Below, in pieces: positions 53,900 through 62,475 of a stretch of 64,000 nt of DNA. How positions within the stretch are numbered: the first letter of the stretch is position 1; each line of letters opens with the position of its first letter. This DNA comes from a virus, in IMG/VR virus record IMGVR_UViG_3300036939_000082, positions 64,001-128,000 of that record. One strand, given 5' to 3'. Made by a program: the position numbers and the translations under genes. Under the pieces are notes generated by a model. The model searched no databases. It was not told where the DNA came from and saw only the letters and a list, made by a program, of their open reading frames with translations.

Positions 53900-55420
53900 T
53901 TATTCTTGGAAATATAATGGCGCTCCGTCCATCGCAGCCCGGGATGCTTTTTGTAGTTCAATTCCTAGGTATAAACAATGGGACGCTAGTATTCCGGGAC
54001 AAGCTTTCAGGATTTGAAAACCCAATTCCTGTGGGTCTTTTCCAGCAAAAAACTGAAGGGGTTCGTCGCCCGGGCTGGGTGAAATGTGTTCGACTTCAAT
54101 TGACTGGTTTTCGTCATTTACTGATATCAAAAAACTCCCAACAGGATCTGCAAACGATCGCGCTTCTTTTTTTGCAAGGCGATCGTACTGTTCGGCTATC
54201 AATTTATCTGCGTAGTCCCAACAGTCATCGTAAATATGAGCGCTTTGACTGATGGTGATTAGTGGTCCCATTTTTAAGTCGTAGCACGATCGCCCAGCAA
54301 TTTCATCTCGAATGTGCTGCTGCAAAGCCCGCAGTCCCATAGCATTAGCGGGCCACCCACTAAACATATCGTTGCTGCGGAAAATCGCTGTCATCGACAT
54401 TTCCTCATTGACGACTCGCACCCAAATTTGATTCAAGCAGGGACTGCCACCTAAATCGTGATCGGTCACATCCCACAGCGACATGACTGCACTAGCGGCG
54501 TCAATCTCTTCTATTAACTTTTTAATGACTTGTTCGATTTGGTCGCGTCCGCCAAACCAAGAACGGAGGCGCTGCCCGTAAGTGTATTTAACACCTTCGA
54601 CATAGGGCGCATCTTCTAAAATTTGCGATTTATATTTTTCGAGAAAAGCGCGATCGCACGACAGGTAGTTTGGTTCAGGAAAATAGAATTCTTCGGGTTC
54701 GTCAGTAACGATTGCCATCAAGTCTATTAGCTCTTGCCAGTGACCGCCATAACCTGTCGGTCGAACGGTTCCCGTGGTTTTAATGCGGTGGATGATTTTT
54801 ACCCAAGTTTCCGCGATCGTCTTGCCTTCAATCCGATGCCCGTACCGATCGCCCGGAAGAGCTTTTGGTACTTCTTGTTCTGGAACCGGATAACTCTTGG
54901 GTGCGCCCCAAGGTACAGTGTTTTTTGGCGCACTCCACGCCTCGTTAATGCAATCTTTAATTTTGCTGACAACAACCCACGATAGAGAATCTCGGAGCAG
55001 GTTTAAATCGGATTCAGGAATTTCAGCATCTATGTAACCCTTGCCTTGGAAACATAAACTGTTGCTATCTTTATTTTCTTTCCAGTCACAATTAATCACC
55101 CACGCTTCTTGTCCTAGATCGGTAACTCCGCGATCGCATCCATAGTGCAAGAACCACAGCAAAACTTCGATCGCCCCACTATTTCGATCTGCCTCGGTCG
55201 CGTTCAACAATACCAAATGCCTGATTTGCGGATTTGCCAACAAGTTTCTTACCAAGAAGCTAATACCGCGAGTGGGGGAATACAGTTGCCCGATCGCCCC
55301 GTAGTCTTGTAGACTTAATTTTTCTTTAATGACCTTGGCTGGCGTCCACCCGGTAATTACCGCAACATTTCCACTACCGCAACTGATTTGGTTTTGTTTG
55401 GCGATCGGATTGTATTTCAT
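53900..55420 (-). CDS. Thymidylate-synthase-like fusion: MtrA-like N-domain + TS + DUF4346-like C-domain
   Basis: GQLYS..RGISFLVRNLLANPQIR; YTYGQRL, SPCL, FRSNDMFSGWPAN, SAHIY; DPVGSFLI...HCLYLGIELQKA. Confidence 0.82.
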   Translation of the reverse strand: MKYNPIAKQNQISCGSGNVAVITGWTPAKVIKEKLSLQDYGAIGQLYSPTRGISFLVRNLLANPQIRHLVLLNATEADRNSGAIEVLLWFLHYGCDRGVTDLGQEAWVINCDWKENKDSNSLCFQGKGYIDAEIPESDLNLLRDSLSWVVVSKIKDCINEAWSAPKNTVPWGAPKSYPVPEQEVPKALPGDRYGHRIEGKTIAETWVKIIHRIKTTGTVRPTGYGGHWQELIDLMAIVTDEPEEFYFPEPNYLSCDRAFLEKYKSQILEDAPYVEGVKYTYGQRLRSWFGGRDQIEQVIKKLIEEIDAASAVMSLWDVTDHDLGGSPCLNQIWVRVVNEEMSMTAIFRSNDMFSGWPANAMGLRALQQHIRDEIAGRSCYDLKMGPLITISQSAHIYDDCWDYADKLIAEQYDRLAKKEARSFADPVGSFLISVNDENQSIEVEHISPSPGDEPLQFFAGKDPQELGFQILKACPGILASHCLYLGIELQKASRAAMDGAPLYFQE

Positions 55421-55435
55421 TGTTTGTGCTTGTGT

Positions 55436-55672
55436 TTAGTTTAAATTGTTGGTTGCATAAAGCATTCCTCGTTCAACTCGAATCATCCCGTGTACTTGCC
55501 AAAACTCAACAGCATTTTTGATTTTCCAATCTGGAGTATTTAACAATTGAGCAAGAATGATTTGATTTGGAGGGATTGGGGCGATCGACACAAGTTCCAA
55601 GACTTTTCTGTAGAGGTGTCGATCGCCCATCGCGACTGAATCCATTAAACGCAATGGTAGATCGCTTTTCAA
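55436..55672 (-). CDS. Small winged-HTH-like protein
   Basis: NQIILAQLLNTPDWKIKNAVEFWQVHGMIRVERG. Confidence 0.55.
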   Translation of the reverse strand: MKSDLPLRLMDSVAMGDRHLYRKVLELVSIAPIPPNQIILAQLLNTPDWKIKNAVEFWQVHGMIRVERGMLYATNNLN

Positions 55673-55674
55673 TT

Positions 55675-58104
55675 TTAGAAGCCTCCCGGTATTTCTTCTG
55701 TAATTTCCATTGGTCTTGTTTTCGGAGACTGCAATTTTGCTTTTTGGGTAGAAGGTTTTGAGGGCTTTGCTAACGACTCAAAGTCGATCAAGTTTCTGCA
55801 TTTAAAGCGATCGACCAATATTATAGCGTTAACTTGTTTTTGCCCTCCTCCGTCGTACATCGCTTGTAACTCGCTCGCACTAAATACGTCCGTCAGCGGA
55901 ATTGCGTTTGTCTCTAAATACGCTATTCCGTTTTGGACTTGATAACCACAAAGCCATTCTTTGATTGTTTCTACCGAGTAAATGCTACTACTAGGATCGT
56001 CTTTAATCTTAGTAGTAATTTTTGCTTCTTCGCTTACTGCCTGAGTTTTAGACTTAGATATCCCGACTTCGATTGCAGCAATATCTTCTTTTGTTAGAAG
56101 GAGTTCTGCTATCACTTTCAACCTAGTTTCAATTTTTTCTAGGGCTGACAAATTTCCTTCTCGGTAATATCCAGCTATCTTGTCTAGTTCGCAGGAGCAG
56201 TCGATCGCCCGGTCTATAATCGCATCTGCTTCCTTTTGACTGGGGACAACAGATCGGACAATTACCTGAGCATCGGCTGCATTCTTGAAATAATAGAGGC
56301 ACAACCATTCTTTGCCGGAAACTGACGCCAGATAATCCGCAAGTTGAGGAAATTCAACTGACATTTCCTTGAGTACGGATTGAACTTTAGATCCATCTTC
56401 GATCGCCCGATATCCCTTTAACAGCAATTCATCTGCCTTGGTTATCTCTCCTTCCGAGAAAGTTATCTCAACTCTTTCAGCTTCTGGTTCTTGGATTTCA
56501 GGTTGAGACAGCGCTTTTAGATCGAGCCTTAATCTATACAGCTTTGTTTTGGCATTGTTTACTGCTTTTATTTCACTCTCGCACTGCTTTTTTACGGCGT
56601 TACTTATTGTAGCTAAGGCTGGATCTACGCCTAATTCTTTTTTCTTAGCTTCGAGGACATCTACCGCTTTCTGATACTCGACCTCAGCTTCTGCTACTTT
56701 GTCTTCTAGGGTTAGCGGGGTCGGCACCGCAGGTAGTGTTTCTGTCAAATCTTTCTGGGCGAACCGATCTATATCCAGCTCGACTGTGCGATCTTTGTCT
56801 ACTGGTTCAATAAGAACAACCGGGTTTTCGATTTCAACAACTGAACAATCGCTTTTTTCGAGAGGCAGGGATTTGACGTAACTGCGCAAAATTAAATTTT
56901 GGGTTTCGTCTGGCTGAGCCTTAAAAATTTCTACTTTCTCTTCAACCGGAAGTCCTAGGAACGCTTCAAGCGAGAGCTTGGGCTGCATTTCTGCTGCGGC
57001 GAATTCTTGACCGTCTTTGTAAGCCTTGCCTACTTCTTTTGTTAGCTCGTCAATTTGCTTCTGAAGAACTTGCGCTGTTTCCGTTTTAGCCTTTTCCACA
57101 GCCAAGGAAACCTTCTCTGCGTTACCAGACTCATCCAAGAGATACAAAAGCTCGGGGATTGGACTACCTTTTTTACCTTTAATGATTTGCTTTTTCGGCA
57201 CTTCTACTAAGCGACCGTCCAATAGCAACACCAAAGCCTTATCATCGGCAAGAAGGGCTTTAAATATTCCGCACCTGTTGTAGTGTTCAACTTCATCTCC
57301 CTGTATCAAACAGGGTTCGTGTAACTTGGGAGCTTTTTGTTCTTTGAGAGCGACGGTTCCGCGCGGGATTTCTTTCTCTTCCCCGGAACAATCAACCCTT
57401 ACTTTTATTGAATCAGTGTCGGGACAGTAATCGACAACTTCTGCTCGATATGTGGCGTGGTTTTCCTTGAATTCGACGCGATCGCAGTCGGGAACGGAAT
57501 GCAATTTTATCAGTCTTCCTATGTCCGAGGGTTTAACGCCGTTCTTTTCGACACCATCTTTTTCCTTGATGGTAATTTCGACCAGTTCGGCTAATATACT
57601 TCCTGCCACATCAATTTTTTTGGCGATCGGATCTTGTAGCACCCCTGGGAATTGGACTTTTGACAAAGTATCTGGAAGTTTGTCCATGATTGCATTTGCC
57701 GTGTCAAAACCCGTGTTTCCAAGAATGAAGTGAATGTCCTCTTCTACATCTTCAAGCTGCTGCGTGTAGTCCCACAGTCTGCGACCTTTCTCTATATCTT
57801 TCCGCAGCGCTGGGCTAAAATTCTGTTTGATAAATCTTTGAGCTTGTTTGGTTTCTTGAGAGGCTTCTGCCAAATTCAAAATTCTGCGAGAAACTTTTCC
57901 TATTTTCAAGAAATGTTCTTTAACCGTTTCTATTACCTGTGCTGTATCCGCAGCGATGGTTGCGAGCAATTGTTCTGCGTCGATCGTCCAGTCTTGAACT
58001 GGATTTAACTCGGAAACAACAGGGGAGGCTACTTGACAATCGAGTTCGATATCCTTCATAATATTACCTGAATGTCTTTTTTTTCTGCGGAGTCGCTCCT
58101 CCAA
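55675..58104 (-). CDS. Large hypothetical protein with SH3/KOW-like domains and coiled coils
   Basis: 809-aa ORF; two short beta-barrel-like segments; no family recognised. Confidence 0.7.
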   Translation of the reverse strand: MEERLRRKKRHSGNIMKDIELDCQVASPVVSELNPVQDWTIDAEQLLATIAADTAQVIETVKEHFLKIGKVSRRILNLAEASQETKQAQRFIKQNFSPALRKDIEKGRRLWDYTQQLEDVEEDIHFILGNTGFDTANAIMDKLPDTLSKVQFPGVLQDPIAKKIDVAGSILAELVEITIKEKDGVEKNGVKPSDIGRLIKLHSVPDCDRVEFKENHATYRAEVVDYCPDTDSIKVRVDCSGEEKEIPRGTVALKEQKAPKLHEPCLIQGDEVEHYNRCGIFKALLADDKALVLLLDGRLVEVPKKQIIKGKKGSPIPELLYLLDESGNAEKVSLAVEKAKTETAQVLQKQIDELTKEVGKAYKDGQEFAAAEMQPKLSLEAFLGLPVEEKVEIFKAQPDETQNLILRSYVKSLPLEKSDCSVVEIENPVVLIEPVDKDRTVELDIDRFAQKDLTETLPAVPTPLTLEDKVAEAEVEYQKAVDVLEAKKKELGVDPALATISNAVKKQCESEIKAVNNAKTKLYRLRLDLKALSQPEIQEPEAERVEITFSEGEITKADELLLKGYRAIEDGSKVQSVLKEMSVEFPQLADYLASVSGKEWLCLYYFKNAADAQVIVRSVVPSQKEADAIIDRAIDCSCELDKIAGYYREGNLSALEKIETRLKVIAELLLTKEDIAAIEVGISKSKTQAVSEEAKITTKIKDDPSSSIYSVETIKEWLCGYQVQNGIAYLETNAIPLTDVFSASELQAMYDGGGQKQVNAIILVDRFKCRNLIDFESLAKPSKPSTQKAKLQSPKTRPMEITEEIPGGF

Positions 58105-58171
58105 GAGCGCCCGCTTTTTTTTAGTCTACCAGAATGCCCTAAAAAGATCCACTAATCATACTTAAAATTTG

Positions 58172-59134
58172 CTATGGCTTGAGCAGCCCGATTGCCATTA
58201 AATCGTCAATTAAGGCTTTCAGGCTCTCTGCCAGCCTTGCTGTCGTGACTGTGGATGTTACGAAACTTTGACGGTTGGGGTTTCCTGTAGGCGAAACCCA
58301 CCCCATAGCCGACGGGTTGCTGCCGGAGATTACGCGCCCGTAGGCATCAACCACAACTCTTCCGTATGTAGCTGGCGTCACTCCAGTAATTGCCAAGTCG
58401 ATCGCGTCCGGCGCAACAGCAATCCGAGAGCTAGAGGCGCTCACAACTTCTAAAGCTTGTCCGGAATTGATTAACCCGTTACCCCCGATTAGCTGTCCCG
58501 CAGCCGAAACTTGAGTGAAAGTTAGGGGTGTGGTGTTGAGGGAGATCGTCCCGGAAGTGATTAGCGCAAATCCCCGGTTCCTGTTTACCACCCCTTCAGA
58601 AACAAAGCAGTACATCCCTTTCAGAACTAGACCCGAAGTGTTGGCGTCGGTTGCTCTAGTTAAAGTCCAGGCAACAGTAGCAGACCCAATATTGGTAACG
58701 GTGTAAATTCCATTTTGCAGTGCTGAAGTTTGGTTCCAAACCAATACCCGATCGCCCAAAGCTAGCGGAATTGTGTCAATGGTAACAACTGACAGCGCGC
58801 CCGTATTGGTAAGTACGTTGTTTGCGAAGGATGCAGCGAGATTTCCGGTAGTGGCAACCCTGACGGAAGCTTTGATATCCAGTCCGGACAGGGCGACATC
58901 TATATTGACTTCTGTCTGAGTCAACCGTTTCTGAAGCTCGACGATTGCCGCTGCGTTTGCAACTACCGCCTCGGTCAAAACTTCTCTAGCTAAAGGGAAT
59001 CCGCCAGCCTGAATTCCATCGTGAACTACGGCTGTCTTTTTTTGGGTGTCTACAGTGATCTGTCCTTCTAAACCTTTAAAGACTTGGTTTTTAGCGGTAT
59101 CTCCCCGGAAATGTTTGACAATGCCGATACTCAT
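58172..59134 (-). CDS. Tail-fibre-like protein with Mtd_N-like N-terminus
   Basis: FRGDTA...GLEGQITVDTQKKTAVVHDG..AGGFPLA; DIKASVRVATTGN...GDRVLVWNQT..QNGIY; VVVDAYGRV. Confidence 0.8.
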   Translation of the reverse strand: MSIGIVKHFRGDTAKNQVFKGLEGQITVDTQKKTAVVHDGIQAGGFPLAREVLTEAVVANAAAIVELQKRLTQTEVNIDVALSGLDIKASVRVATTGNLAASFANNVLTNTGALSVVTIDTIPLALGDRVLVWNQTSALQNGIYTVTNIGSATVAWTLTRATDANTSGLVLKGMYCFVSEGVVNRNRGFALITSGTISLNTTPLTFTQVSAAGQLIGGNGLINSGQALEVVSASSSRIAVAPDAIDLAITGVTPATYGRVVVDAYGRVISGSNPSAMGWVSPTGNPNRQSFVTSTVTTARLAESLKALIDDLMAIGLLKP

Positions 59135-59329
59135 TTAGAGTTCTCCTCCATCAATTGTTGTATCGCCCAAGTCCAAAAAGTTTACAATTTGATTTCCTTG
59201 CTGCGACACTACTTGAGCCAGCAATTTTCGCACCAATTCGGCGTGAACTTCGGAATTAGGCGCGATCGGTTGAATGTTAGGAGTAGAATTGCCCGTGAGG
59301 TCGATCGACACGATTGATGGAACTAGCAT
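59135..59329 (-). CDS. Small structural peptide ending in DGG motif
   Basis: C-terminus TTIDGGEL. Confidence 0.55.
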   Translation of the reverse strand: MLVPSIVSIDLTGNSTPNIQPIAPNSEVHAELVRKLLAQVVSQQGNQIVNFLDLGDTTIDGGEL

Positions 59330-59443
59330 TGTATCACCCCGCTAATAACAGCGAACAAACTTTGGCGGACAAAATTATTGACGATTCTTTTATCTTTCCA
59401 AAAACATTATTTTTTGTCATTTTACTTCTTTTAGTGCAGGCAT

Positions 59444-59656
59444 TTAAAGCACTCCGCCGTCTAACGTGATATCTTGAAATATGTTGTCAATACCTTGAAT
59501 GTCTGTCATGTCGTGAAGATGTACGGCATTTGCTTTTGCAGACAAATCAGTCTCGAGTTTTCCTACCGTAACAACCGAATTAGGAGTATTTAATTGCTCT
59601 ACATTTTCGATAGGATTTCCGTCCATATCGATGGCAGCGCCAAAAGTTATTGCCAT
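59444..59656 (-). CDS. Small structural peptide with tail-repeat-like H.H motif, ending in DGG
   Basis: KANAVHLHDMTDIQG; ITLDGGVL. Confidence 0.65.
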   Translation of the reverse strand: MAITFGAAIDMDGNPIENVEQLNTPNSVVTVGKLETDLSAKANAVHLHDMTDIQGIDNIFQDITLDGGVL

Positions 59657-59809
59657 AGAAATCGGTTGTTCGTTTCAAATAAAACTACTGTCTGCGTTAA
59701 CTGCTCGTTATGCAAAAAAAGTACAAATACTTAGAAATACCTTAATACTCGTGTTTGCATCATTTTTTTAGTTGACGCCCAAGCTGTACAGGGAAGCACA
59801 AGATTTAGA

Positions 59810-60688
59810 TCACATTACCCCGCCATCAATAACAGACAGTTCTTGCTGCACGAACGCGCAACTAGCAATTTCATTGGTTGCAGCACCTGCGATTGCTGTT
59901 GGAACAGTTCCGAAATCAGCTAGCGTACTGGGATTTTTGCCTGCAGTTGCCCTGCCGTAGGCATCAATCGTGATTATTCTGTACTCGCCAGGAGTAATTG
60001 CGGTAGTTGCTAAGTCGATCGCGTCTGCTGACACGACAATTCTTTGATTGGAAGCGCTTGCTACATTCAGCGTATTTCCATTTTTGGTTAGACCGTCACC
60101 GGGGGTGATCTGGCCTGCACCGCTGAACTGGGTAAATACTAGCGGAGTTGTATCGAGGGCGATCGGGTTTTTGGTTGCTAGCGTAAATCCAATACTGGCG
60201 TTTGCAGCACCTTCTGTAACGTAAGTGTACGTTCCCGACGGCATTTCAGAGCTAATGTCTGCGTCTGCATCGCGGATCAAAGTCCAAGGAACCGAAGCGG
60301 AACCGGGGTTGACCACCCGAAAGATCCCGTTTTGAGTTGCAGCGGTTTGATTCTTGACCAAAACGCGATCGTTTGCTGCTAGCAACACCTCGTCGATTGT
60401 TAGAGCTGCTAGCGTCCCAGTATTTGTCAGAGTCTTGTTGGCGTAGGACGCAGAGAGGTTGCCCGTTGTTGCAACCCGACAAGCAGCTTTAGTATTTAAT
60501 CCTTGAACAGCACTTCCAACAGCGTCAACAACAAAAGCGCGATCGGCGACTATTATACCGCCTGGAGTCGCTCCGTCTTGAACCCTCAGAGCCTTGAGTC
60601 CGGTGTCTAGAATTACTTCTCCCAACAAGCCCGTGTAGGTACTAGCTTTGTCGGTAGTTCCGCGTTTAAATAAAACTGTTGACGGCAT
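59810..60688 (-). CDS. Tail-fibre-like protein (paralogue of 58172..59134)
   Basis: FKRGTT...GLLGEVILDT..KALRVQDG.TPGG; KAACRVATTGN...DRVLVKNQT..QNGIF; IATxAFV-like and DGG end. Confidence 0.8.
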   Translation of the reverse strand: MPSTVLFKRGTTDKASTYTGLLGEVILDTGLKALRVQDGATPGGIIVADRAFVVDAVGSAVQGLNTKAACRVATTGNLSASYANKTLTNTGTLAALTIDEVLLAANDRVLVKNQTAATQNGIFRVVNPGSASVPWTLIRDADADISSEMPSGTYTYVTEGAANASIGFTLATKNPIALDTTPLVFTQFSGAGQITPGDGLTKNGNTLNVASASNQRIVVSADAIDLATTAITPGEYRIITIDAYGRATAGKNPSTLADFGTVPTAIAGAATNEIASCAFVQQELSVIDGGVM

Positions 60689-60691
60689 TTA

Positions 60692-61894
60692 TTATTTCCT
60701 CGCTTCTAATACTGTAATTCGACCCCGCAGTTCTTCGTTTGCTTGAGCTAATTCCTGAACGGCTTTAATCAAAGGCGCGATCAGTTCGTCGTACCCAATG
60801 CTCAATACATCATCTCCGCCACTGCGCGAGTGATCTTGAAGTCCGCCGAAATCTAAGCCTGTAGTTTTAATTAAATCTGCGACTTCTTGAGCTATAAGCC
60901 CGTGATGGAATCGTTTTTTCTTTTGGCTGCCGTCGTGAACGATATTGGCAAGTTTGCTTCTTTCTTGCCACTCTGCCATAATTGCGTCGTAAGCCGATTT
61001 CTCTTCATCCGAAACGTCTGGTAGTAAAGGTGGTGGCATAGGAGTGCGGTAAGAATCGCGCATATCCCAGCGGTAATCTACAGGTCTTAAAGCTTTTATA
61101 AACTCAAGACCTAAAACTGTCGGTCTAATATCTGCTTTGTCTCTTGCATCCGATCGGTTTTGAACTGTTCCGAAGACAAATGTAGTTGTTGCGCTGTCGC
61201 CCAACTGCACTTGATTTGATGCGCTCACGCTAGCGCCAGCTCCTATACCCGTACAATTAACCAACCCGGCTTGATTTAAAGCAGCAAATCCAACTGCTGT
61301 ATTGTTGTTGCCTGCTGTATTTGGGTTGAGAGCTAAAGTCCCTACTGCTACGTTGCTAGAACCAGAAGTATTTTCGTTTAGCGCATACATCCCCACACCT
61401 ACATTGTTCCCCCCAGTTGTGTTTTTGTTAAGACACAAAACACCTACTGCTGCGTTTTGAGAACCTGTAGTGTTGCGGGTCAACGCAAGACCAGCTCCAA
61501 TATTGTATCCGCCCGTCGTGTTAAAAGAGAAATCTCCGCCACTTCCTATTATGGTATTGTGAACGCCTGTTGTGCTTCCACCAACAGCTCCGCCACCACT
61601 CAATAACATAAAGCAGTTGCTATTATTTTTGTTAGCAATTGCTACTCCGTTAAAAAAAGCGTTTCCATTATTATCTATAGAAGCATTTACAGATTTTATT
61701 TTTTTACCTGTTATGCCGTCAAAGGCTACAATCTTAGAGTCTACGCTTGACTCTACACCTTCAACAACGGTCGCCTTAAACGCTGTGTTTTCAGCTCGAA
61801 CTTTTGTTAGTTCCGCTGCTACCGTGTTTTGCAGCGAAGTGGTGCTAGATACCAGCAACCCAACTTGATGTTCTAAACTCATATATCTCTCCAA
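60692..61894 (-). CDS. Tail fibre with beta-helix repeats and peptidase S74 intramolecular chaperone
   Basis: NT.G..N.AVG..AL repeats; SDARDKADI...LRPVDYRW...HGLIAQEV...YDELIAPLIKAVQEL. Confidence 0.92.
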   Translation of the reverse strand: MERYMSLEHQVGLLVSSTTSLQNTVAAELTKVRAENTAFKATVVEGVESSVDSKIVAFDGITGKKIKSVNASIDNNGNAFFNGVAIANKNNSNCFMLLSGGGAVGGSTTGVHNTIIGSGGDFSFNTTGGYNIGAGLALTRNTTGSQNAAVGVLCLNKNTTGGNNVGVGMYALNENTSGSSNVAVGTLALNPNTAGNNNTAVGFAALNQAGLVNCTGIGAGASVSASNQVQLGDSATTTFVFGTVQNRSDARDKADIRPTVLGLEFIKALRPVDYRWDMRDSYRTPMPPPLLPDVSDEEKSAYDAIMAEWQERSKLANIVHDGSQKKKRFHHGLIAQEVADLIKTTGLDFGGLQDHSRSGGDDVLSIGYDELIAPLIKAVQELAQANEELRGRITVLEARK

Positions 61895-62054
61895 AACAAC
61901 AGAGGCCGCCCAAATAGCTTGGACGGCCGACGTAGCAAATTATTTATTTTTTATAGAGTGCTGCAAAAGCAGCACTTTCAACCCGATCGCCCGCGCAATC
62001 TCAGGATTTCTGTACCAAGCATATCGCGAAGGACGAAAACTTGCAAATTTTTAG

Positions 62055-62474
62055 CTAACCTTCGTCTTGAGGCTCCCAACTTTTGAATCCCGCCTGCTCG
62101 GGTCGGATAATGCAGGTTTGATTGATCGGGTCGCGCAAGGCGCTGGCAATTGCCGAAGGAACTCCGTGCATCCCCACTCGCCAATCTACTTTGTTAATTG
62201 ACTGGGTATTTCCCGCATTCACAGCACCCTGCGGCGCGTCAGAATTGCTGTTGCGGGTATAAATTGCCAAGTTTCCGTCAGAGATGGCGACCGGTTCCCT
62301 GCCGCGATACAAGTATTCGCCAGTTAACATACCTTCTTGGAAAAATACTATGCGATATTCGGCGACCGCACTCCACCCGATAACCCTAAATTCGGTTGGC
62401 GGGCGAAGTTTGTGAGGATTGGGGATGATTTTGCCGTCTTCTTTTATCAGTCTTTGGTAAAAATAAGGCTCCAT
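62055..62474 (-). CDS. Hypothetical protein
   Basis: ORF from MEPYFYQ, coupled to the upstream gene. Confidence 0.55.
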   Translation of the reverse strand: MEPYFYQRLIKEDGKIIPNPHKLRPPTEFRVIGWSAVAEYRIVFFQEGMLTGEYLYRGREPVAISDGNLAIYTRNSNSDAPQGAVNAGNTQSINKVDWRVGMHGVPSAIASALRDPINQTCIIRPEQAGFKSWEPQDEG

Positions 62475-62475
62475 A

